In this document: piece by piece, positions 1 through 14,904 of the stretch
Position numbering within the stretch: the stretch's first letter is position 1
Layout: each line of letters opens with the position of its first letter
Notes under the pieces: generated by a model
What the model was told of the DNA's origin: nothing
Seen by the model: only the letters and a program-made list of their open reading frames with translations
Database searches by the model: none
Translations under genes and position numbers: made by a program
Assembly (NCBI RefSeq): GCF_009914755.1
Contig: NC_060930.1
Direction: 5' to 3' (one strand)
Length of the DNA: 64,000 nucleotides
Origin: the human T2T-CHM13v2.0 reference genome, Homo sapiens

Positions 1-47
1 GTGCTCATCTCAGGCAATATCAAACTATAGATTAAAATATATAATGA

Positions 48-348
48 GGCCTGGGCTGTGGCTCACACCTGTAGTCCCAGCATTTTGGGAGGCCGAGGTG
101 GGCAGACCACTTGAGGTCAGGAGTTTGTGACCAGGCTGGCCAACAAGGAAAAACCGTGTCTCTACTAAACATACAAAAATTAGCCAGGTGTGGTTCAGGC
201 ACCTGTCATCCTACCTACTCAGGAGGCTGAGACAGGAGAATTGCTTGAACCCAGGAGGCGGAGGTTGCGGTGAGCCGAGACTGCACCACTGCACTCCATT
301 CTGGGTGACAGAGCAAGACTCCGTCTCATAAATAAATAAAATAAAAAA
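48..348 (+). mobile_element. Alu (AluS-like), full length
   Basis: Dimeric Alu with A-rich tail; TSD-like AAAATATATAATGA on both sides. Confidence 0.93.
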
Positions 349-739
349 ATATATATATATATAATGAAATATACACACCAAATACACCACAATCTCTGTA
401 TCTCTTATATCCTGTGCTGTATCACTAGAAATTACTTTAAATCACTGGGGACTCTAACACTCTTCTATTATTTTAAGAACAACACAACAAGATAAAATCA
501 TTCTCAAGCAGAGTCATGTTGTATACTGCATACAGCAGCTTAGAAAGTCAAATGTTTTATATAAATCCAAAGAGCCAAGAAGATAATAATAATAAGTATA
601 TAATAGAAAGTGTCTAATGAGAAAGTAGTTTCAAAGAGCAGAAGCAATTGAAGAATTAGCTTTCTTTTAAATATAAACATTTTAGTTGACATTATCCAAA
701 GTCCAAAGTCTAAGAATAGACCAATTTATAGTAGGTATC

Positions 740-1310
<571 letters not shown>

Positions 1311-1714
1311 TTTTTTACATTTCAAATAAGAGAAATTGGGTAACTTCAAGGATGCAAATATTACCCAGGAAAATCCTATGATCTTACTTTTTGTGTGTGA
1401 AATAATTCTTTTTCTAAGTGAATGCAAATTAATGGGATAGTTCATTGAAATTACTCTACTAAAAAATCCTTATCTGAGCTCCCAAAGCCTTAATTATTAA
1501 CTATTTCAAAGTACTGTCTCTTTATCTTATTAATCTGACCCAGTATTTAAATATACTTCATTTGAGAAGCTCCTTCCTATTTCTAGACTAAATTTTTCTT
1601 ACTATAATAAATCAACAAGGCCAGCTGAATTCATCTGGCCTTAAGTGCAAAAATGACTTCGGTGAAAAAAATACGGTGAAATTAGACAATATTCAACATG
1701 TACAACACAATATT

Positions 1715-2012
1715 TTATTGTATTTTGAGACAGGGTCTCACTCTGTCACCCAGGCTTGAGTGCAGTGGCACAATCACAGCTCACCGCAACCTCGGCTGCC
1801 TGAGCTCAAGTGATTCTCCCACCTCAGCCTCCCAAGTAGCTGGGACCACAGGCATGCGCCTCCACATCCAGCTAATTTTTTTTAGCTATTATTTGTAGAG
1901 ACAGGGTTTTGCCATGTTGCTCAGGCTGGTCTGGAACTCCTGGGCTCAAGGGATGCCCCTGCCTGGGCCTCCCAAAGTGCTGAGATTACAAGTGTGAGCA
2001 CTGCACCTGGCC
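1715..2012 (-). mobile_element. AluJ-like
   Basis: Full antisense Alu dimer. Confidence 0.92.
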
Positions 2013-2277
2013 CCAATATTTTATTATAGCTATAGACCTTTCTAGTTATTGCTACCTTAGACACAAGAAAAAAAAAAAAAACTCACTTAAAACATTAAAG
2101 TCTATTACCTCTGTAGTTTTGCATTTTAGAAAGTACTATTTTAACTCTACTTAAGTATAACAGTAATTGACAAACGCATAAGCTATATAGTAAATCTTAC
2201 TAATACTCTATAATGATTAAATCATTATATTGACCGAATATCTTATTTCTAAACAACATTTTGGATAAATCACCCAC

Positions 2278-2396
2278 CTCATTTCTCATGATTCTCCAAA
2301 GATTTAGTGTAATTCGGCCAACAATATTTATCTCACTCATTGTATATGATCCATACTCATCTCTTTCAGCTGCAAATCTGTTCTCAATTTTGTCAT
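2278..2396 (-). CDS. REV3L: REV3L coding exon 20 (119 bp): DDKIENRFAAERDEYGSYTMSEINIVGRITLNLWRIMRNE
   Basis: ctatAG|ATGACA and TGAG|GTGGGT; conserved GRITLNLWRIMR motif. Confidence 0.97.
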
Positions 2397-2631
2397 CTAT
2401 AGAAATGAAAACAGACTGTATCAGGGCTCACAGAAAACAAACTTTCAATAAAATTATGCCAGGGAAAATGAGAATATACATTAAGGATGAATATTAAAGA
2501 TGAAATATAATTCACAATGTATGAAAAAATTTTGTGAAATAAATATAACCTGAAGTCTCTCCCTCCCTCCTTCTTTCTATATTTAAATAAGAAACACTTT
2601 TTTCTTTAGATTTGGTAATTTTTGGCACTAC

Positions 2632-2775
2632 CTTTTTTTGTTTGTTTTTTATGTTGCCCAGGTTGAGTGCAGTGGCTAGCCACAGGTGCAATCATAGCAC
2701 ACTACAGCCTCAAACTCCTGGTCACAAGCAATCCGCCTGCCTCAGCTGCTCGAATAGCTGGGACTACAGGTGCCT
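2632..2775 (-). mobile_element. FAM (fossil Alu monomer)-like
   Basis: gcagtggctagccacaggtgcaatcatagcacactacagcctc carries the FAM-specific 7SL-derived segment. Confidence 0.8.
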
Positions 2776-3647
2776 GATGCTACCTTTATAAACACCTAAT
2801 GCTAACATTTCTTTGGTCTTAGCATGAGAAAGATCCACAGTTAATCTGGTAATTTCTTGGAAAAAAAACTAGTTCAATTTTTAACCTAAACGATTCTCTG
2901 AAAATTTGTTGACATCATGTTCACATTCAGGATGAAATTCTCTTGAATGCATATGGAGAACTAGATGAAGAGTTCCTCATAGCAAATAGCGTTGTGAGTC
3001 TAGTTTCTTAGGAGATGAAGTTTACCTAGAATATAAATTAAAATGCGTCTCTCCTATGTAACACTAGGTATATGTGAATGTTGATGATTAGAGGTTCCAG
3101 AATAATAAAAATATTTACCATATTGAAGGTTTATTATGTTCTAAGAATTTTACCAACATCATTTATTTTAATACAAACATTACTTCCTTTATTTTAACAG
3201 GACCATTTAAGAAGTTAGTATAATTTTCATTTTGTATTACGGAAAATTCTACTCAGAAATGTTATATCTTGCCCAAGATCTTACAGTAAGAAAACTAGTA
3301 TTCTAAACTAGGATTACCTGAATCCAAAGACCATGTACAACCACTCACCCAATTCTTTTTATTTTAAAGAGATAATGTTTAAAAGTTTGTTTTTCATTTA
3401 GCAAACAATGTAACATATACTCTGGTGATTGTTTTAAGTTCTTCAAAATAACCCTATGAAATAAGTTCTATTATCCCTATTTTACAGATGAATAAACTGA
3501 GACAAGGATATTTAAAACCTATCCCAAAAAAGATATTGAAAAAAAAAAAAGATATACCACTATTGCTATCATGCAAAGGACACACAAGCTACACAAAAAT
3601 TCATGGAATGAAAAGCTAAACTTAAAGCATCTCTGCCCCCCATTCCC

Positions 3648-3942
3648 TTTTTATAAGACAGAGTCTTGTTCTATTGCCCAAGCTTGGGTGCAGTGGTGTG
3701 ATCATAGCTCACTGCAGCCTTGAACTCCTGGGTTCAAGCAATCATCTCACCTCAGTCTCCTGAGTAGCTGGGACTACAGGCACAAGCTATCACACCTGGC
3801 TAATTTTCTTTCTTTTTTTTTTTTTTTTGGTAGAAATGGGGTCTCACTTTGTTGCCTGGGATAGTTTTGAACTCCAGGGCTCAAGCAAGCCTCCCACCTT
3901 GGCCTCCCAAAGATGGGATTACAGGTGTGAGCCACTGCACCT
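3648..3942 (-). mobile_element. AluJ-like
   Basis: Antisense Alu dimer with expanded middle T tract. Confidence 0.9.
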
Positions 3943-4735
3943 GATCTTTTTATTCCAATTTTTTGCAAAGCTAAAAAACTTTACTGTCCTGGAATCTTCC
4001 AGCTTCAACTTTTCCTAAAGTATACACTACTTTGTTTTAGTTAGACTTGTGGGAACCCTTGGGAACAAATTTATTAAAAATCCTATGTTTATAAAGAAAA
4101 CATAGTTTTAAAAAGTGCATTATAAACTACAAATAATTTTGGTATGAATATTATTATTCCCTTCTAGTTAGAATGAAACTTTGGGGAATGGACTTCAAAA
4201 TTTCTGCAATATTTGTAGCCTGATATCCAAATAAAAATCAATGATTAGTTAACTACTAGTGTTCCTCAACCCATCCTGTCCTTCTTAACCAACAAAATGG
4301 ATTAAAAAAAACAGAGGCAGACAAACAATAAAATTATGGTACAACAAGTCAAAGAAATGCTATGTAGCTTCATAATAATTATGAAGACTATTTCATAATG
4401 CAGAAAAATATGTGTGGTAAGACACTAGATGAAGGAAGCATAATAAAAATGGAATATACGGTATGATTATTTAAAAACCACTACATATGTATATGAAAAG
4501 TGACTGAAAGGAAAAAACCCAACAACTATACTAACAGTACATATAGCAGTGAGACTAGAATATTTTTTATTTTATTTTTAATTTTTTCTACAATGGAGTT
4601 ATGCTATATCTAAAACTTACACAACTTAGTACTAAAAAATTGGGCTACAGCATAAGTACTCTTTAACATTCTGTCTTTATTTCCTTTATAATTTGCTCTG
4701 TAGTTGAATGACAAAACATTCACAATGACACATAC

Positions 4736-4851
4736 CTGGCACCCGAGAGATCATCCGACATAAGTCAATACTTAAAGCGGCAGCCCTTTGTAAGAGGTAA
4801 CCCCAGGAATGCATCTGAATCTCATATCCTAGCAGAATATCAGGATCATAC
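4736..4851 (-). CDS. REV3L: REV3L coding exon 19 (116 bp): YDPDILLGYEIQMHSWGYLLQRAAALSIDLCRMISRVP
   Basis: ttttAG|GTATGA and CCAG|GTATGT; DPDILLGYE is a B-family exonuclease-fold motif. Confidence 0.97.
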
Positions 4852-5045
4852 CTAAAAAAGGAATTTAAAAAAGTTATATAAGTACCATACATTTGAACCT
4901 TTAACCAGAATAATTGTTTCTTCATGATATAAGGTATGAAAACAAAAACCTATGTTCTCTAACGGTGCCCAGATGGAGAAGGGATGATACAGTGGTACCT
5001 ACAGAGTTTTTATACAGGAAGAGATGGATGGTTAAGAGTACTTGA

Positions 5046-5348
<303 letters not shown>

Positions 5349-6258
5349 ATTTGACGCTATTTTTGTAAAGTAAACATAATTTTTACTTAGACTGTGTATT
5401 TGTTTGATACAAGTGGGAAAAGAGGCTGATGGAAATTGGGGTGGAAGGCAGGCCATTACCACTGAAGTATATGAGTGAAGGTACAAGTGAGAATATAATG
5501 TGGGCAGGGGAAGGTGAAGTGTGAGGGTGTGTGTGGGTATGGTATTTTGAAAAAGATCCCTAGGTCATTGCGTTGCCACTTATCTACCCTTCTAATCTAT
5601 ACTGCCCTTAAACAGTTTTAATGCTGAGAAAGAAAAATGAGAATGCTTTCCTTTTCTCACTTAATTTTAGTAATTATTTGGTTCTCACACAAAATAAGGC
5701 CTAAGTAATGACAAGTTTGTCCTTTAAATTTAAAAGGATGGTGATTCAACTTAATGGAAGAATGAAATATTAATAGAGGTGGGATTAAGGTGGGGAAGGT
5801 AAACATCAGAATCTAGAAGAAAAATGTGCTCCTCGTGGTCAGAGCTTCACTGGCAAAACTGAACCGACCACCTGCGTCCAATCCAGAAGGAGCCTCTTTG
5901 TGGCTCCTCTTAGAACCTCCATGTTGTGACCACCATAGAGAAATGTTTAGCTATAAATATGAAAATTTATTTCGAGTGGAAAATTGTGTGGGAGAGAGCG
6001 GAACTAATTATAGTTATAAGTTTTGAGAGCAAAAACTACAGTAAGTAGCTCTATCAATTAGTAGCATTATCTTGTTCTTTATAAATGCCAAAAGGCCAAG
6101 TGAAATATCACAAAAATTTAAATCGTTGAGTTTTACATAACTACTCATGAAACACTAAATTGTGAGATGTGCAGCCTGTCCAATTTACAGCATTTAATAC
6201 CCTAAGTCTCAGCCAATGTCTACAGTACTAGACTAATTTACTGATATAAGCTATCTAT

Positions 6259-6621
6259 GGCTACTCTGCAAGTCTGGCATAACAATGGATCATGACCAGA
6301 TCACCAGATCTGCTTTTAGAACCAATATGTTAATATTTTATCATAATTCCATAGCTGTCTTCTAAAAATGGGTATTGAATGGCTTTCGTTTTTACCTAGT
6401 CAATAAAAATTGGAATGTCACAATAAATGTTTTCTGATTTTTAATTCTGGAGTATTTCAGTGGCTGATGTCAAAAGAACTGGGTTCAAACTTCTGCAACA
6501 GCACACTTTTAAATTTTCCTATTCCCTAAAGGCCCTATGAAAGTACATTCTGTAGTATAAATTTTAATATCTGGTGATCTGTTCATGATCCATTGTTATA
6601 CCACAGACTTGCTGAGCAGCC
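6259..6621. repeat. Imperfect inverted repeat with ~51-53-bp arms (6259-6309 and 6569-6621)
   Basis: Reverse complement of the left arm (atctggtgatctggtcatgatccattgttatgccagacttgcagagtagcc) aligns to the right arm (atctggtgatctgttcatgatccattgttataccacagacttgctgagcagcc). Confidence 0.92.
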
Positions 6622-6729
6622 TTCAAACTTGTTAGGAGAAAAAGATAATAAACATATTATTTATGTGCTTTTCTCTATACAAATAGGGTTGACATTTCTG
6701 AGAAAATGGCTTAATTTAATAAACAGCTA

Positions 6730-7290
6730 TTGAAGCAAAGCAATAAGCAACAATGGCATGAATATCCAGAAAGGAAGTCCAGAAAGATCCCAGGGCACTC
6801 AAGGAAAGAGAAATATCCCAATACTCTTTCTGTTTAGTCTTCCAACATAACACCCAAACCCTTAACCAAATCCTTGATACTGACTTCATCTCTTTCATTA
6901 AACTCTTCTTAGTCCAAAGACAGACTATCTACTTGTCCAGTATATCTCCCTTTAAAACTAACTGTGTAATGAATGGCTACATTTGAGAATTGGGGCACAC
7001 GTATTAAGTGGCTCTAAGGATCATCAGGGGTCGCAGACTTGAAGCATTCTCATACAAACACAACAGAACCCACACAGTTGTCTGCTAAGTACTCAGAGTG
7101 GCTCAGAATAGGCATTACAGTGTGGCCACAGTTGACCTTGATCTTAAGAATCGGGAAGATTCCTGGAGTTCCTATCACATAGTTACCTATCACATATCAC
7201 ATAGTTACACAGCTACAACATGAAGAGGATGCCAGATGATTACACAGGCCTTCTGTTTTAAATGTTATAAAGACAGTTCTTCTAATTTCT
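6730..7290 (+). pseudogene. FCF1P5: Decayed processed pseudogene of FCF1 (rRNA-processing PIN-domain protein), antisense to REV3L; probably the annotated FCF1P5
   Basis: Intronless, frameshifted translation fragments KDPRALKEREI, VFQHNTQ, VALRI, VATVDLDLK, RKIPGVPI and RMPDDY..F* track FCF1 (KDPSALKEREV...VATVDRDLKRRIRKIPGVPI...RMPDDYGAPRF). The P5 number is from memory. Confidence 0.85.
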
Positions 7291-10073
7291 TCATCTGAAT
7301 CTTTCTCATTTATGCAACATCTTGTTATTGCAAGACTTATTCCAGTCAGCTATTTGTTCTGTTGTGGCAACTAAGGGAGTTGGCTACGTACACTTTTTTT
7401 AAAAAAAATAATGTATTGAAAATAACTTCGTCTCAGATAAAAAGCTGTCTATTTTTATAAACTGCTACAGCTCAGAAATGACTGCTGAAAAAAGTTACCC
7501 TGCGCTTCTCAGATTTATTTCACAGATTTTGTCCCTTTAGAAGAATTGTAAAGTTGTTTCAGGCATTTTTTCAGATATATTACATATATATTTATTTTTT
7601 GACCCGGAGGATGTTTAGTCTGGAGGATGTAAGAGACTCTTTTAAAGCTGATAAAACACCTGTTTTCAAGTTCAAAAGCCAAAGGATTCCATTTTTCCTC
7701 TCTAAAAACATTTGGAGACAATAACAAGGTCTTGATGACTTGTTCTTCAATTTCTAGTGGGTTTTATTCATTCTATCAGGTTTCTGAAAGTTACAGAAAG
7801 AATAAAGTTGGGTAGATGGGATTAGTGGTGAAAACAACCCAAAACTGTGGATAAAATAGAAGCAGAAGAAATAGGTAAATGGTTTCATTTGCTTAGGCAG
7901 AAAAAAGCTGCTTCACAGTTAGTATTTTAAGTAACTCACTACCATCTACACACATGACAGATAAGGGTACTCTAGTAGAGGCAAGGGGCACGGAGGGGAA
8001 GGAATCATCTTGAAAAAGAATTCTGAGGTTAAATGGATATGATGTAATATAAATGTAATAGCATTTAGGGAAGAGGAAAAGGGAAGAATCATAGTTATAT
8101 TTAAGTTAGGGAGACTGCGCAAAGTGAAGTTAATAGTCCAAGGAAATACAGAAAGAGGAAAATGATTGTGACAAGATTATAGATGAGGTTTTACTTGTTT
8201 AATATCACTTTATATTACTTTTCGTGTTTGTCACTTGAGGAAGTCAATATTAAAAATGGAAAAATAAAGATATATTTATTTTTATATTAGTACCTAGCAC
8301 TGCCCCTTACACACAGTTAACATTTATGTACTCACTATGTGCCAGACCTGAGTTTAAGAGTTTTATGTGCATTATCTACCCATTTTACAGATTAGGAAAA
8401 CAAAGCTGAGAGAGTTAAGCAACTTATTCAAGACAGAAACACAGTGCTGGCTGACTCCAAAGGCTGTGCTGAGTAGGTACACAACAAATAGGGTGAAAGA
8501 ATGAAATAATCAATCTTTTTGCAGAGTTGTTTGGACTAATATATAAAGAACACTATAGAATTGAAAAGTTGACATTTAAGCATTTTTCTTTTTATGACAG
8601 TTTTGTTTACCCCATTTTCCTTAATTACTAGTACATTTCATTTTATGGACATTTAAGAAAGTTATTATACTTGCAAATGACTAACAAAATTCTCAATGTT
8701 GGCAGGTAATCCTATCATTGGGAATATACCCAACAAGGAAAAGGCAAGCATACAAGCCCAGGGACATTACTGGACATGTGCTGGTACACAAAATAGTATT
8801 GACTGAAACTCTTACATATTTCTTTCTCTGAGTTGCTTGCAGAAATAAAAGAAGTGTGGATACTGAAAGCATCTGACATGTTGATGACAACCTCTGTGAG
8901 AAGATAAAAGGTAGGACTGACAATGACAAGACTCAAATAGATGGGAATCTATCTAGTCACCAGTGCTATAAATAGTAAAAATACTTTTTTTCCTTCAGAG
9001 TCGTGGGTAGTAGCATACTATTTTTGATGCTCTGTCATTTAATTTTGTTTTGTAGAAAACACATGTTTTGGTTTTCTAATTCTCAGAATGGTTTATGTTA
9101 ACCCATCTGGGATTCAATCTGATGACAAGTCTGTAGAATATCATCTTAATTTTTCATGTAGAATACTGATTTAGTTTTTATAGGATGAAGTTCAACTATA
9201 TAAGCAAAACAAAAAAGGGTGAGTATAACAACATGCTCATGGACAGCTTTTATCTGTATATCAGGATCCAAAGAATGTCTTCTATCTTGCTTTAGGCATC
9301 TAAAACCCTAAACCTAGCAATGGGCAGAATCCTTAAGTTTCTACAAAGTGAAGCATTTAATAAGAGAGTCCATGGCTACCAAGAGCTACACTGTTGAGAA
9401 TATGCAAATTATCCACTTAATGATTTTATTTTTAAATTAAAATATTTTTGTTAAAAATTTTTTTTCATAAACTTGGACAAGATTCTACTATCGGACTGAG
9501 GACCGACTACCAAATGGTCAAAAGAGATTTTTTAAGGAGCTCTGTGCACAAGAGTATGTAATAGATAATCCTACATTTATGAACAGATAAATTTATACAG
9601 AGAATGCATCCCAAAGCTTTTTGAAAATATTGGCTTGTTTAGAACTCAGAAAACTTTAAAAAAGAAAAAACAAACCAAAAAAAGGTACTGAAATGGTGGC
9701 TGGCTCCCAAGGTAGAAACCTAGTTAATGAATAATACAATGGAACTTTATACAGTTCTCCATTATTTCAGCACCACAGAAAAACCAACCTCAAGTACAAC
9801 TGGGAAGTTAGTTAGAGGCTAAACAAATATTTGTCTTTCACTGGCCCCTCAATCTTGAGAACAGAACACTGCTTTTCCTATCCCTTGTCTGATGAAAATA
9901 GTGATGGTGGTGGGAAGTGAGTATAAAATCTTCCCAAGAGTAACTCTGCTTTCAAGGGTCATAGGAAGGGATTCGCTTTCTTCCTACCTTTACTTTTATC
10001 TTCACTATTATCTGCAATAGCATGAAACGACTCTCTGAATAAAACTGGAAAAATCAGATATACAAAACAATAC

Positions 10074-10185
10074 CTCTTTATTATATTTGCAATTTCATGA
10101 AAAAGTGCCTTCTCATCAGCAGCATAGGTGACTTCGAGTCCTGTAATTCCAGATCTAATAAGTAATGGAGTCTGATATCTGATAT
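10074..10185 (-). CDS. REV3L: REV3L coding exon 18 (112 bp): DIRYQTPLLIRSGITGLEVTYAADEKALFHEIANIIKR
   Basis: ttttAG|ATATCA and AGAG|GTATTG. Confidence 0.96.
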
Positions 10186-10470
10186 CTAAAAAACAAACAA
10201 AATGTCTATTATATATAACATTATATAATAATATACCTTCATAATATAAAAGTAATATTATCCTCTACTTTTAAGTAAAATTGTACTACTGAAATATTTC
10301 AAATTAAGAAAACATCTCCCCAAGTGAAAACATAACTAACTCAATGTCTTTAAAAAACTCTCAAAAGATTTTTTAGTTTAATATACAACTGAAAATTCAA
10401 ATTTTGTATTTTCAGCTATTCTCCTGAAAAGGCTGCATTCATAAAATTCCCTAGAAAATAACATATCACT

Positions 10471-11092
<622 letters not shown>

Positions 11093-11515
11093 TATGGTTG
11101 TATTCTGTGCTAAGACTTCCTCCTCAGTGGACTGAATTCACTTGTAATGGTGACCACTGAAAGCTGCAGAGGGACAGTAGGTATTTTATAAAATGCCTTA
11201 TATGGCATTCTATATGAAGAACCTCTGAACCAAAAGTATATTATTTAGAAAGAAAGATAAAGAGATATAAGCAAAGTAAGAATATATCTTAAAAGTATCT
11301 TATAAACCATTAACTTATAGTGGTAAGATAAACCCTCTATCAGCAGGAAAATACCTGCATATGCATACATAAGGAAGACTGTGCACCTAATCTAGGGATA
11401 CATAATAAGGTGGACTCTGTATTAGTAGTAAGTATTTTTATAAAATAATACTTAGAACAAATTATATAAGATAATTATAAATATTAAGATCTTTATATTG
11501 CATTGCTTCTGACTT

Positions 11516-11690
11516 AAAAAATGAATAAATAAATGGGGTCTTGCTATGTTACCCAGGCTGGAATGCAGTGGCTATTTACAGGCACAATCATAGTGCACTA
11601 CAGCCCCAAACTCCTGGGCTCGAGCAATCCTGTTGCCCAGCCTCCCAGGTAGCTGGGACTATATATAAGCAGGCACCACTGTGCCTGGCT
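11516..11690 (-). mobile_element. FAM-like monomer
   Basis: gcagtggctatttacaggcacaatcatagtgcactacagcc signature. Confidence 0.82.
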
Positions 11691-11881
11691 GCTTCTGACT
11701 AATCCAAGTAAGAATAATAAATCTAGGACAAAGTTATACACAATCTCCTACCCCTACCTCAGCAAACATTTTAGAAAAGAGTCATCATGCTTGCTTAGAT
11801 TAGATCTTCAGCACAGGAATTCCCCATTAAAACATTCACCCTAGAGTGGGCAGGTATATCATTAATAAAAATGGACAATAC

Positions 11882-12074
11882 CTTGACTGAAAACTGTCTT
11901 GTCTTTATCAATCACTATTACACCTGTGAGTTCTGTTTTTTCTGTATCTGGCAGTGGAGTGTCAGATGAGATGCAGTAGAACAGAGCACAGATTGGGTCA
12001 AATTCAGGATCCGGTTCTAAGTCTCGTCTAGTTCGAGCATGCAACTCCACACTGATTAGGGTAAGATTTTGTAT
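11882..12074 (-). CDS. REV3L: REV3L coding exon 17 (193 bp), start of the inactive exonuclease-like domain: IQNLTLISVELHARTRRDLEPDPEFDPICALFYC...VFSQ
   Basis: ttatAG|ATACAA and CAAG|GTATTG; ORF 11862..12050. Confidence 0.97.
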
Positions 12075-12969
12075 CTATAAAAGCAAATAAATACTATGTT
12101 TTTAAAACATTTTTTAAAGACATGCTCAAAGAAGTATGTAAGGCTCTAGGGAAATATGTATGTAAGATTACAGAAAAAATGGACATAAAGGACAAAGTCA
12201 CAGCTCAGCAGCACTCCATATATTAAAACGAAAGATTTTTAATCCCAAGATTAGATTAAATCAATTCATGATGTTATTTCAGAAAATCTGCTCTCAATGA
12301 CAATATTTAGACTATTTTTCTCAAATATATGCAGGATCTCTCAATGCCTGTTTGAGAAAGAGAATGACTAGTCCAAGTAGTTATACAATGAAACCAAAGT
12401 CTGTCACGTTTTACTCTTCATGTAGTTAGCTAAACTATATAGTTTTACCTGTAGTTTAAAGTAAAAAGAGAGCTTTTTTAAAATTCAAATTTCCTACCAA
12501 TTAATTCACTACTACTTGAGGGCTACTTAAACTTAGACTTTTGCATACACTAGGCAGATTTTTAATTATAGTTTTTCCTGAAAAAAAAAAAAAAAAAAAA
12601 AGAACTGTTATGGTATCAACTACACAACAGCCAGATTTTTACACATGCACATTTTCTCTTTAACATATAATGCAAAAAAGTTAATATTTGCTTTTCATGC
12701 TTATTTTTCTATGCCAATATAAACTTTTAACTGTAATTCTTAGTTTTCTTTCTAAAATCAAGACAGAGTAAATAAGAAAAACAAAATATAGGTTGAATTC
12801 ATGATTATAGCTAGAATTATACCTCATCTTTTTATCATGTACATGTACCTGGCAATGGAAAACAGATTCCTGTTTCAATATTGGTAATTATTCAGATCAT
12901 ATAAATTTAACAAAGGATTTGTGTTTTGTATTATCTTGCATGCAAACTGTTGAAGAAATGTAAATTCAA

Positions 12970-13480
12970 GTTTCTCACTAGTGACAGGAGTAGAATTTGG
13001 TAAATCTCTATCAAAATTAAAATCCATTGATGTGGCAATCCTACTCCTGAAAATTTATCCTAGAGACAGATACACTCATACATGTAGATAAAATATACAC
13101 AACAAGGATGTTTACTCGAGAATAGCAAAGACTGGAAAAAAACTAAATGTTTACCTGTTGGGGACAGGTTACATAAATTATGTGGTATCCATAAAGGATA
13201 CACACAATGGAATATTCTGTAACCTTTAAGATTTTCAAGGGAATGAGGCAGATCTGTATGTCCTAATATAAAAAGATCACTATAATACACTGATACATGG
13301 AACCAGTAAACACAGTAAACTTCTATACATGAAAAAATGGAAGCACATGCATAGAAAATTTCTGAAAAGTGACATAAAAATGCAGACATACTTATTGCTT
13401 TGGGGGAAAGAAATTGCTAGCCTAAAGTAGGAGGGAAGCTTACTTTTCATTGCAAATTTTTTTGTCCTGATTGAGTATTT
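12970..13480 (+). mobile_element. Old L1 (L1ME-like) 3' fragment
   Basis: gcaatcctactcctgaaaatttatcctagaga...aaattatgtggtatccat...atggaatatt pattern of old L1 3' ends. Confidence 0.65.
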
Positions 13481-13529
13481 TTGGTATATATACTATTGCA
13501 TGTGCTCATTGTAAATTTGTTAAATAATC

Positions 13530-13836
13530 TTTTTTTTTTTTTTTTTTTTTTTAGACACAGGGTCTCTCTCTGTTGCCCAGGCTGGAATGCCATGGTGTGA
13601 TCATAGTTCACTGCAGCCCTGAACTCCTGGGCTCAAGTGATCCACTCACTTCAGCTTTCCTACTAGCTGGGACTATAGGTACATATCACCATGGCCAGCT
13701 AATTTATAAAAACTTCTGTAGAGATGGGGCCTCACTATGTTGCTCAGGCTGGTCTCGAACTCCTGGCCTCAAGCAATCCTCCTGCCTCAACCTCCCGAAG
13801 TGCTAGGATTACAGGTGTGAGCCACCTTGCCTGGCC
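13530..13836 (-). mobile_element. AluJ-like with long T tail
   Basis: Antisense Alu dimer. Confidence 0.92.
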
Positions 13837-14089
13837 ACTAAGTACTTTTTAAAATATAAAGAACATCAATTATGCATGTATAAGGCATAATAATAAAACA
13901 AATACAAATCTACCACTTTCCTCAGAAACATATACTGCTGTTTCTACTTTAAAATATTAGTATTAAAAAAAAAATCAAACCACATGAAATGGAGAGCTAA
14001 GGGAAAAAACTTTTACTTTTAAATGCATACTCTTCAGAACTTAATTTTAACAATAAGCATGCATTAATTTAGTAAATAAAAAATTTTTA

Positions 14090-14565
<476 letters not shown>

Positions 14566-14904
14566 TTAGAGGTTGATTTTTGTTTACTAGATCAAATTTT
14601 CACACTCAAAATTTGCATTTCTATTCCTTAATAACAAAATGCATTACTGTGCTTAGGGGGTATTTTTTTAAAGCAAACTATATAAAGACATGGCTTGAGA
14701 GATTTAGTGAGTGTGACTAGGCAAGAGGCAGGTGAGAAGGGGGACAAAGATTACAACCCTTGTCTTCTGCACTGAGTACTGATGTGCAGAAGAAAGAGAG
14801 ATTATCCTAGGGTAATGGAAACAGAGGGAGAAAATGCCACAAGCATAATTTCCTAGAGAAAGGAAGAGAACAGTATTTTTTCTTTGGTTTATTCCCTGTT
14901 TCAA

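Noticed and set aside
5830-5935. Two short hairpins (gtggtc..gaccac; aggagcc..ggctcct) as a possible H/ACA snoRNA
   Set aside because: Stems are only 6-7 bp and I see no properly placed H or ACA box.
7500-7580. Cluster of plus-strand pyrimidine-AG motifs suggesting an antisense lncRNA exon
   Set aside because: No convincing paired donor or other support; expected by chance in T-rich DNA.
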